From the NCBI RefSeq assembly GCF_000014265.1, contig NC_008312.1, positions 4,560,001-4,592,000 on the forward strand: a stretch of DNA of 32,000 nt. Reading direction: 5' to 3'. This DNA is from Trichodesmium erythraeum IMS101 (GTDB lineage Bacteria; Cyanobacteriota; Cyanobacteriia; Cyanobacteriales; Microcoleaceae). Numbering within the stretch: position 1 is the first letter of the stretch; every line of letters starts with the position of its first letter. The notes below the pieces were generated by a model. That model worked only from the letters and a program-made list of their open reading frames with translations. It did no database searches and was not told the DNA's origin. Of this stretch, positions 22,664 to 31,356 are shown piece after piece. The translations under genes and the position numbers were made by a program.

Positions 22664-22696
22664 TATGTGTAGTCTGACTTCAGGAAATTGGTATTA
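22664..22696 (+). mobile_element. Solo terminal remnant of the IS630-family element seen at the right edge of the window
   Basis: tatgtgtagtctgacttcaggaaattggtatta matches the reverse complement of 31357..31389 (tatgtgtagtcggactttaggaaattggtatta) at 31 of 33 positions. This corresponds to the last codons of the transposase plus the element tip. Similarity stops abruptly after ...ggtatta in both. Confidence 0.5.
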
Positions 22697-23180
22697 AGTA
22701 GATAAAAAAAAAGGCGTTACATATTTAGCCATAAAACATCTCAAGGGACTTATATAACTAAAATTGGCACTAATTTACAGTTTGATACATAAAGCATAAA
22801 ACTTACCACCCTCTACTTAATTGGAAGATTTTTATGTTTAGATATTCTCTACTTTTATCCTAAATAACTATCATTGAAGCACTAACTGTAGATTTTCATC
22901 AAAGGTCGGGTAGAGAAATAATTACTATTCTTTGGAAACCAGATAATTGAAGTATTTTCTATTTAGCTTTTTCCTATAACTACCTTAAATTAATATACTC
23001 AACGGAACAGGGAGCATATAATATAAAGTATGTAAGAAAGGAAGGAAAAAAATATTTAATTTTGACAATTTATACAAAATAGAAAGTTTTGTTTTATAGA
23101 CGAAAATTAGAGATTAATATATTAATACCATTAGACATCTCCAAAATAGAAAATAAGGTAAAATCATCAAAACCATTTAT

Positions 23181-24556
23181 CGGGACTTTAGTGAAAAAAT
23201 AGTAAAAAAAAGGGTATAATGTATACCTGATATGTATTTTACGTTAATTACTGGCCTGGGAAAAGTTTGATGAAAGAAACAACTTCAGTGGCCATGCCCT
23301 CTTGTTTCCATCGATGGTGCGATCGCTTTAACAATGTCTTTAAAACAAAAGCCCAAAAAACAGGGTTTAGGGAATATATAGGAGGATTACTCTTGAGAAA
23401 GCGATCGAAAAAACTTGTCTCAAATTGCCAACAACACTGTAGGTCACACGTACCACAAATTACGGCATTTTCTAGTTCGAGCAAATTGGTCTGTAGATGC
23501 TGTGAATGAGCGTCGTCTTCAAGTAATGTGGGAACGTCGCCAAACAAAACCTTCTCGATCCTATTGCTTTAATTATAGACGATTCAGGCCACAGAAAAAG
23601 TGGTAATTTTACTGCAGGAGTAGGGCGGCAATATATAGGAGAAATAGGAAAAACAGATAATGGTGTAGTCGTGGTGACAACTCATCTTTATGATGGAGTT
23701 AAAAGTCTACCTTTAGACATAGCTTTGTATCAGAAAGCTGATTCTTTTCCAAAAGGAAAAAAAGACCCAGAATTTGTCAAGAAACCAGACGAGTGCAATG
23801 TCTCTAGTAGATCAATGTTTGTCCAGAGGACACCAACCAGAAATTGTGTTAATTGAAATTTGGCTATGGTAACAATACATCATTCTTAAATCAACTAGAG
23901 AAAAGAAGTTTAACTTATATAGGAGGATTAGCTAAAAATCGAAAAGTCATCATTAAAAAACAAGATGACATTAAAGAGGAAATTAGATTAGACAAGCTGG
24001 CAGAAAGTATACCTCAGAAAGCTTTCAACTTAGTTCAACTAAGTACAAAAAATGCTAGAGAAGTTTGGGTAGCTACATTAGAAGTAGAAATATCTAGGAT
24101 GTCAGGTCAAAAAACTATAGCTATCGTTATGAATGCTAAAAGTTTTTCTGAGGCCACTGATATTAACTATTATATCACTAATAGAGAAGACAAATATGTA
24201 ACTCCTGAGTGGATATATTCTACTTATTCTCAAAGAAATTGGGTGGAAGTTTTCTACAGGGAAGCCAAAGGATGGTTAGGATTAAGAGAATATCAAGTCA
24301 GAGATAAAATCAGCCTTAAAAGGCATTTTATTTTAGTATTTTGTGCTTATACATTTATTATCTGGCATCAGTTAACAGGAGGTATAAGAAGGCGTTGGGC
24401 TAACAAACCATTAAATACGTTTACTGATACTTTAGAAGCATTTCGTACCGCAATATCTTATCGTTTTGTTGAGTGGTTAGATGAAAACATCGACGTATTT
24501 ACCGCTCATAAAGAGAGTTTAGGGTTTGTTTGGGCTTGAAATTTGCTAAAGTCCCG
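23181..24556 (+). mobile_element. IS701-family insertion sequence, copy A (1376 bp)
   Basis: Terminal inverted repeats are CGGGACTTTAG(t)gAAA at the left and TTTgCTAAAGTCCCG at the right. The internal transposase fragments show the IS701-type IIDDSGHRKSGNFTAGVGRQYIGEIGKTDNG block and the Y(2)R(3)E(6)K signature (YSQRNWVEVFYREAK). The flanks are TTAT on the left and TTAG on the right. Confidence 0.9.
23267..24539 (+). pseudogene. IS701-family DDE transposase, disrupted by at least 3 frameshifts (copy A)
   Basis: The coding potential is split over the ORFs 23267..23509, 23415..23606, 23671..23856 and 23853..24539, which use three different frames. One extra base lies in ...GGLLL(a)ESDRKNLSQIANN. 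There is a shift before ALIIDDSGH. A further shift falls exactly where relatives read VLIDAGYG, giving VLIEIW.../KFGYGNN here. Confidence 0.8.
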
Positions 24557-24743
24557 TTAGGAAATTCTAATTCATTTTTAAGCGTGATATGAAATACGAA
24601 CAATTTGAAGTCTTACTTAAGTATAGCTTTAATGCATGATAATTGGCATAAGAGCTAAATAATTACCATTCTACTTTTTACTTTTTCCTTGTTCTTGACC
24701 TTTGCTATAATGCGCTATTCGTGCAGTATTACTATTAGATTAA

Positions 24744-25874
24744 ATGCCTATAAACAATTTTCCCAAAGTTACTGTTTGTTTGCCTACTTATAACTCTGGA
24801 GAATTTCTTAGATATGCAATAGACAGTATTCTTGAACAGACATTTACAGATTTTGAGCTGATTATTTCTGATGACTGTTCTACTGATAATACTCCAGAAA
24901 TTATTAGGAGTTATTTGGAGAAAGATAGTAGAATTCAATACTTACAAAATTCTCACAACTTAGGACTTTTTCCTAATTGGAATCGTTGTTTAGAATCTGC
25001 TTCTGGAGAATATATTACTGTCTTTGCTCAGGATGATGTGATGTTGCCAAAAAATTTAGAGCAAAAGGTAAAAATTCTAGAAAAATACCAAAATGTTGGT
25101 TTAGTTACTTCCTCTATTATGGTGGTGGATAGTGATAATAATTATTTGAATTGGGATTGGGCAAATTATGATGAGGATAGCTTAGTTAATGGTGAGGAAT
25201 GGGTTAAGAAAAATTTGGGAAAAGCTAATCCTATTTGTTGTCCGTTTGTATTGATTAGAAGATATATTTTAGAAAAAGTTGGTGGAAAATTTAATGACAA
25301 TTATCTTTTTGCTGGAGATTTAGAATTATGGTTAAGAATTGCTTTGGTTGCTGATTTGTATTTTGTTAAAGAAATCTTGGGATATTATCGCTGGCATAAA
25401 GAAAATAAAACTCATAGTTTTAATGATTTTGATCAGGTTAAGGAACATTTACAAATTTGTAGTAATTTAATTGATAGTTTAAATTTATCAGATTTAGAAT
25501 TAAATTATTGGGAGACTGAGGTGTTATCTCGAACTGTTAAATGGGTTAGTTATTATCGAATTTATCGTCATTTAGAAATTTCAAATTTTGATGAAGCATT
25601 AAAATTATGTGAGTTACTGGAAAGTTGGCGAGGTAGGTCGGGAAAATTAGGTATTTCTGTGCAGGAATTAGGTACTAGAATACAGAAAATTTTGCAAGTA
25701 AATTCTCGCCTCCATTCAGAGATTAATGAATATAGTACCTGGGTAAATAATCTTGAGGGAAAAAATTCTGCTTTAGAAAGAGAAAAATCTTGGCTAGAAT
25801 CTCAGGTAAAAGCTTGGATGCAAACTGCACAAAAGTATTATCATAAAATAAAAGAAAGTGGGAATTGTTTATAG
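24744..25874 (+). CDS. Family-2 glycosyltransferase (GT2) with a non-catalytic C-terminal extension ending in a coiled-coil-like segment
   Basis: 376-aa ORF. The N-terminus VTVCLPTYNSGEFLRYAIDSILEQTFTDFELIISDDCSTDNT and the FAQDD (DxD-like) motif are classic GT-A/GT2. The C-terminal residues NEYSTWVNNLEGKNSALEREKSWLESQVKAWMQTAQKY are heptad-like. Confidence 0.9.
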   Translation: MPINNFPKVTVCLPTYNSGEFLRYAIDSILEQTFTDFELIISDDCSTDNTPEIIRSYLEKDSRIQYLQNSHNLGLFPNWNRCLESASGEYITVFAQDDVMLPKNLEQKVKILEKYQNVGLVTSSIMVVDSDNNYLNWDWANYDEDSLVNGEEWVKKNLGKANPICCPFVLIRRYILEKVGGKFNDNYLFAGDLELWLRIALVADLYFVKEILGYYRWHKENKTHSFNDFDQVKEHLQICSNLIDSLNLSDLELNYWETEVLSRTVKWVSYYRIYRHLEISNFDEALKLCELLESWRGRSGKLGISVQELGTRIQKILQVNSRLHSEINEYSTWVNNLEGKNSALEREKSWLESQVKAWMQTAQKYYHKIKESGNCL

Positions 25875-26453
25875 GTAAATTAGATTAAATTTTAGGTATT
25901 GATACTAAGTCAATCATAAAAAATAGTAAGATTAAAGACCTCGACAGAATCAATTTCAAATTTGGAGGAAGTAGGTAAAAGTTTTTAATTAGTAGGTGTT
26001 GTATTTGATGGGAATTTTTATACATTAATACTATTTTTTTATAAAACTTTAGTTATTCAATAATTGACAAAAAGGGAATAACTATTTTGCGGGATGAATC
26101 ATCTTGAATTGTGTTAATTTTAGGTAGTTTTGTACGAAGGTTATAGCAACGTACCTACCTATTCCTCTACTCCTCTACTCTCCTACTCAATAACCAAATG
26201 GTATTGGGGGGGTTCAGAAAAAATATCAAAGTATAAAGTGATTTTCACGCTCAAGCATTACTTTTGATAAATAGACATCTCCAAAAATACTTAAACGCTT
26301 ATACTAACTATTTTTAGTGGAGCGTTAGCTCACCTTGAAGATAGTTAATTTGTACAGTTTTATGGGTATCAGAGATATTTCGTGTTACTAATTCAAATAT
26401 TTATTAGACTTTTATTTATTATTTTTATCTCAGTTTTTGATGATTTTTACTAA

Positions 26454-27829
26454 CGGGACTTTAGTGAAAAAATAGTAAAAAAAAGGGTATAATGTATACC
26501 TGATATGTATTTTACGTTAATTACTGGCCTGGGAAAAGTTTGATGAAAGAAACAACTTCAGTGGCCATGCCCTCTTGTTTCCATCGATGGTGCGATCGCT
26601 TTAACAATGTCTTTAAAACAAAAGCCCAAAAAACAGGGTTTAGGGAATATATAGGAGGATTACTCTTGAGAAAGCGATCGAAAAAACTTGTCTCAAATTG
26701 CCAACAACACTGTAGGTCACACGTACCACAAATTACGGCATTTTCTAGTTCGAGCAAATTGGTCTGTAGATGCTGTGAATGAGCGTCGTCTTCAAGTAAT
26801 GTGGGAACGTCGCCAAACAAAACCTTCTCGATCCTATTGCTTTAATTATAGACGATTCAGGCCACAGAAAAAGTGGTAATTTTACTGCAGGAGTAGGGCG
26901 GCAATATATAGGAGAAATAGGAAAAACAGATAATGGTGTAGTCGTGGTGACAACTCATCTTTATGATGGAGTTAAAAGTCTACCTTTAGACATAGCTTTG
27001 TATCAGAAAGCTGATTCTTTTCCAAAAGGAAAAAAAGACCCAGAATTTGTCAAGAAACCAGACGAGTGCAATGTCTCTAGTAGATCAATGTTTGTCCAGA
27101 GGACACCAACCAGAAATTGTGTTAATTGAAATTTGGCTATGGTAACAATACATCATTCTTAAATCAACTAGAGAAAAGAAGTTTAACTTATATAGGAGGA
27201 TTAGCTAAAAATCGAAAAGTCATCATTAAAAAACAAGATGACATTAAAGAGGAAATTAGATTAGACAAGCTGGCAGAAAGTATACCTCAGAAAGCTTTCA
27301 ACTTAGTTCAACTAAGTACAAAAAATGCTAGAGAAGTTTGGGTAGCTACATTAGAAGTAGAAATATCTAGGATGTCAGGTCAAAAAACTATAGCTATCGT
27401 TATGAATGCTAAAAGTTTTTCTGAGGCCACTGATATTAACTATTATATCACTAATAGAGAAGACAAATATGTAACTCCTGAGTGGATATATTCTACTTAT
27501 TCTCAAAGAAATTGGGTGGAAGTTTTCTACAGGGAAGCCAAAGGATGGTTAGGATTAAGAGAATATCAAGTCAGAGATAAAATCAGCCTTAAAAGGCATT
27601 TTATTTTAGTATTTTGTGCTTATACATTTATTATCTGGCATCAGTTAACAGGAGGTATAAGAAGGCGTTGGGCTAACAAACCATTAAATACGTTTACTGA
27701 TACTTTAGAAGCATTTCGTACCGCAATATCTTATCGTTTTGTTGAGTGGTTAGATGAAAACATCGACGTATTTACCGCTCATAAAGAGAGTTTAGGGTTT
27801 GTTTGGGCTTGAAATTTGCTAAAGTCCCG
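26454..27829 (+). mobile_element. IS701-family insertion sequence, copy B (1376 bp), same orientation as copy A
   Basis: It appears identical to copy A over its full length at an offset of 3273 bp, and all ORF-track translations are identical. It is flanked by a perfect 4-bp direct repeat, CTAA (26450..26453 and 27830..27833). Confidence 0.92.
26540..27812 (+). pseudogene. IS701-family DDE transposase, disrupted by the same frameshifts (copy B)
   Basis: The ORFs 26540..26782, 26688..26879, 26944..27129 and 27126..27812 translate identically to their copy-A counterparts. Confidence 0.8.
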
Positions 27830-28812
27830 CTAACTTTCTTTTGAGTAATTAGCTTTATTCATTGCTATTGGTTACCTTACATTACCTCTAACAGTGGGGA
27901 AGCCTCCTCGTAAGCTTCTTAGCTAACCCTATTAACCCTATACCCTTTCTCTCTTAGACCTAAAGCCTTTGTTGACATTGACCTTGAATGATATACCTTA
28001 GTTTTCAAGCTATATCCTTAGGTATCAAGGGAGATATTTCCTCGTTCCCTTATACCTTTATTGCAGCTGATGAGCGTGGTATAAATTATCCCGAAAGGTT
28101 CAGTATAGTTGTTGATATCGACACCAAAATGTTCAGTTCCATTGACCCTTTGACTTTCTTCCTACATCAGCTAGTTACCTTGAGAATTTAATTATCTTCC
28201 TGTTTGTCCACCTATCAGTCTCTACTAAAAGCTTGACTTATCTGCTAGTTAAAGCTGTAAACCCATTTCGGCCAACTTCACAAATTGATGTGATGTTCAG
28301 TTCTTACCCTGTGGCCTATGTTGTTAGGGCAGATGGAATTTCACCATAAAGGACATAAGAATTTTCTAATGGCTTTATGTTTAACCTCCTTATAAGATTA
28401 GCCACAGAAAACTTGCTATACATACTTGAGAGAGGTTTTTACTAGCCAATGAGTTGCCCTTCGCCATTCTTGTTAGTAAATTCTTGCGCCTCTCAAATTC
28501 TATCAGTACTGCGAATTTAACTTTTGACTTGAGCTATAGCCTCAAAGTTTACAGTCTATAAAATCTTACTTTTAACCTTTAATTTCCCCCTTGGAAAGGA
28601 CAAAGGGGAGTTTACTTTTGACTTTATAAATTTCCGGGCGAGTATAACAATTTCTTGTAATAGAGAAGCAGACTCCATACTGAAATTAGGTAGAAAATTT
28701 TTTCCTCCACAAAAATCAAAAAACTGCTCCTGTACTTCAATGGAATATTTGCTAATAAAAATCAACTAAAAACTAACCTTTATTATATATTACATAGATA
28801 AATAAACAAAAT

Positions 28813-30948
28813 ATGAATCTTTCTAAGACAGCCATCTTAACCCTTACTGCCCTCAGTTCCCAAAATTTAGCTACAGAGGCAAAAGTTACTCCTAATACTA
28901 ATCCATATTTTCAGACAACTGCACCAGAGAATATTAATCTTACTAACTCTATTAATGTTATTACTGTGCCTTCCACAAAATCAATTAGCCCCCCAGAAAT
29001 ATTAGTCAGCCAAGCCTATAATAACCTTAACCTTAAGACTACTTTATCAACTCCAAATATACATCAAATTAAAAGAACTTTAAACAATAGTTGGTTAGGG
29101 AAAATAGTAAAGTTTTCAGCAAAAAATAATTATCAATTCCAGCAATTTGCTGAACAAATGGCTTTAAAAACAGATTTAGAATCAGAAGCTAGTCTCAATC
29201 TTAATCCTACCCTAACTTTATTGAATACTTTATTATTAGTTGCAACTTTATTACCTCCTATAACTATAGGTTTTTTTTGGCTCATCAGAAGATTGGTAAT
29301 TAAAGAATTAGTAGGTGAAGTTAATAAGAGGTTAACAAAAATAAGTCAATTAGAATTAAGTCTGAATCAATCTCAAAAATTATTTACTGAATTAGAGAGT
29401 CATATAGTGACTGCAAAACAATCAATTGATTTTCTGCATCAAGAAGCTAAGATATCAAAATCATCTGTAGAACAAATAGAAGTTCTGAAGTCTCAGTTTT
29501 TAATGCAACTGCAAGTGATTATTTCTGAGGCTCAAGAAGCCAAACATCAAGCTATTCAAGAAATTAATTATTCTGTCAATTCAGAAACTAAATCTGTTAA
29601 AAATACCCAGAAATTAAAATCCTCTGAAAAGCAGCCTACTATGATTGCTGATGATTATTTTAAACTAGGAGAAAAACAATTTTATGATGGTCAATATAAT
29701 CAAGCTTTAGCAAATTTTGAAAAAGCTATTTCTCTTAATTCTTATTTAAGTGAAGCTTGGTTTAAGTCTGGTAATGTATTTGTAAAATTGCACCGTTATT
29801 CTGACGCTCTTGCTGCTTACGATCATGCTATTGCAATTCATTCTGATAGATTTGAATATTGGTTTAATCGTGGCAATGTATTTGTCAAGTTAGAACGTTA
29901 TTCTGAGGCATTAGCTTCCTATGATAAAGCTCTTTCTCTTAATCAAAATCATGTAGAAATTTGGCTAAACCGAGGTATTTTATTCAGGAAATTACAACGG
30001 TATAATGAAGCAGTTGTTTCATATCAAAAAGCTATTTTAATCCAGCCTAAAAATGTTGATATTTTGCATAATTTGGGTGCTTTATTAGGAAAGTTAGAGC
30101 GCTATGAAGAAGCAATCACTACTTTTGACCAAGCTCTGAAAATTCAACCAAATAAATTTGAAATTTGGTATAACCGAGGCAATTTACTGGGAAGGATACA
30201 ATCTTTTAACGAGGCAATTAATTCTTATGACAAAGCACTAAAAATTAAACCAGATAGGTATGAAATTTGGTACAACAAAGGTGCTATTTTATGGCAAATA
30301 GAAAAATATCAAGAAGCAGTTAATTGTTACGACCAAGCAATTAATTTAATGCCAGATGATTATGAAGTTTGGCATAATAGAGGAGTAGCTTTAGGTGCTT
30401 TGGAAAAGTATCAGAAAGCAGTTAATTCTTATGATAAAGCAATTAAAATTTACCCCCAATGTTATCAAGCTTTTATCGGTAAAGCAGAAACATTATTGAA
30501 GTTAGAACAATATGAGGAAGCTTTAAGTTCTTGTAATCATGCTATTGCTATTAAAAAGGAACGTTATGAAGGTTGGTTATGTCAAGGTCGGGTATTAGAA
30601 AAATTGACAAGTTATGAAGAAGCTTTGATGGCTTATGATCAAACAATTGCTATTAATGATAATAGTTATGAAGCTTGGGCAAGAAAAGGTATGGTCTTAG
30701 AAAAAATTAAACGCTATCAAGAAGCTTTAATGTGTTATGACCGGGCTATTGCGATTAAACCGAATGATTCAGAATCTCAGCTAAAACGTCGTAAATTATT
30801 GTCAGAATTACAAACAGAAGGAATTTTCACTGAGGCAAATAAATATAATTTACAACTCAATTTAGATGTTAGTAATAACCAAGATAAAAAACTCAAAAAA
30901 AATCAAAAAAATTATCCGTATCTTGCACAGAAGGGAAGAAAGAGCTAA
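28813..30948 (+). CDS. Membrane-anchored coiled-coil + TPR protein (11 contiguous TPR units)
   Basis: 711-aa ORF. It has a hydrophobic N-terminus (TAILTLTALSS) and a clear TM helix, LTLLNTLLLVATLLPPITIGFFWLI, followed by RRLVIK. A ~100-aa coiled-coil-like segment comes next. Then 11 back-to-back 34-aa TPRs with the consensus YEIWYNRG..L.KL.RY.EA..SYDKAI.I.P, followed by a Lys-rich tail. Confidence 0.85.
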   Translation: MNLSKTAILTLTALSSQNLATEAKVTPNTNPYFQTTAPENINLTNSINVITVPSTKSISPPEILVSQAYNNLNLKTTLSTPNIHQIKRTLNNSWLGKIVKFSAKNNYQFQQFAEQMALKTDLESEASLNLNPTLTLLNTLLLVATLLPPITIGFFWLIRRLVIKELVGEVNKRLTKISQLELSLNQSQKLFTELESHIVTAKQSIDFLHQEAKISKSSVEQIEVLKSQFLMQLQVIISEAQEAKHQAIQEINYSVNSETKSVKNTQKLKSSEKQPTMIADDYFKLGEKQFYDGQYNQALANFEKAISLNSYLSEAWFKSGNVFVKLHRYSDALAAYDHAIAIHSDRFEYWFNRGNVFVKLERYSEALASYDKALSLNQNHVEIWLNRGILFRKLQRYNEAVVSYQKAILIQPKNVDILHNLGALLGKLERYEEAITTFDQALKIQPNKFEIWYNRGNLLGRIQSFNEAINSYDKALKIKPDRYEIWYNKGAILWQIEKYQEAVNCYDQAINLMPDDYEVWHNRGVALGALEKYQKAVNSYDKAIKIYPQCYQAFIGKAETLLKLEQYEEALSSCNHAIAIKKERYEGWLCQGRVLEKLTSYEEALMAYDQTIAINDNSYEAWARKGMVLEKIKRYQEALMCYDRAIAIKPNDSESQLKRRKLLSELQTEGIFTEANKYNLQLNLDVSNNQDKKLKKNQKNYPYLAQKGRKS

Positions 30949-31356
30949 TAGTTATCCCTAGATTATTATATAAAAATTACTATAAAGAATGAAGTTTAAC
31001 TCAATGTTAAATTGAAAATAAAAAAATGGTTATAACGATAGATATAACTAATTTAAATAAATTATATTTACTGTTTTTAAGCTACTATAATCATCCAAAT
31101 TTACCCAGGATTATGCTTTTATTTTACTATTGATTAAGAGGCGATCGCTCAATAGATGCACAGAATTACTACTGCTAATTAAGGAATAAAAACTAAATAA
31201 AACTGGAAAAAATTAATTCTGTTCAATAGGTTTTCCAGATACAAACTACAACTTTATCGTCTGATTTAATTTATGTTCCTAACCCTAAAAATGACTCAAA
31301 AAATACCTAATACTAGGGGAAAAAAGGATTGTAATTTCCATCAAGTTATGATATAG

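Noticed and set aside
23132-23146. 15-mer TAGACATCTCCAAAA shared with 26272..26286, upstream of both IS copies
   Set aside because: The distances to the IS ends differ (35 vs 168 bp) and there is no extended similarity around the match. A single 15-mer match is roughly what chance gives in 32 kb of AT-rich DNA. The same reasoning applies to GGTAGTTTTGTAC at about 22515 and 26124.
23248-23547. 99-aa minus-strand ORF inside each IS copy (also 26521..26820)
   Set aside because: It lies antisense to the recognisable transposase N-terminal region and shows no similarity I recognise. Its duplication simply follows the IS duplication.
24735-24938. 67-aa minus-strand ORF
   Set aside because: Antisense to the conserved N-terminus of the GT2 gene.
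26156-26212. Pyrimidine-rich tract CTATTCCTCTACTCCTCTACTCTCCTACTC followed by a G7 run
   Set aside because: It is a low-complexity, imperfect repeat in non-coding DNA. Similar short tracts occur at about 3975 and 6570, and I cannot attach any function.
23181-27829. IS-GT2-IS as a composite transposon that inserted as one unit
   Set aside because: The outer flanks (TTAT on the left, CTAA on the right) do not form a target duplication, and copy B has its own perfect CTAA/CTAA duplication. Two independent insertions or rearrangements fit better.
27988-28765. Short ORFs 27988..28191 (plus strand) and 28556..28765 (minus strand)
   Set aside because: They have no recognisable domains, no clear translation signals and an isolated position. 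I treat them as possible gene debris (see findings), not as genes.
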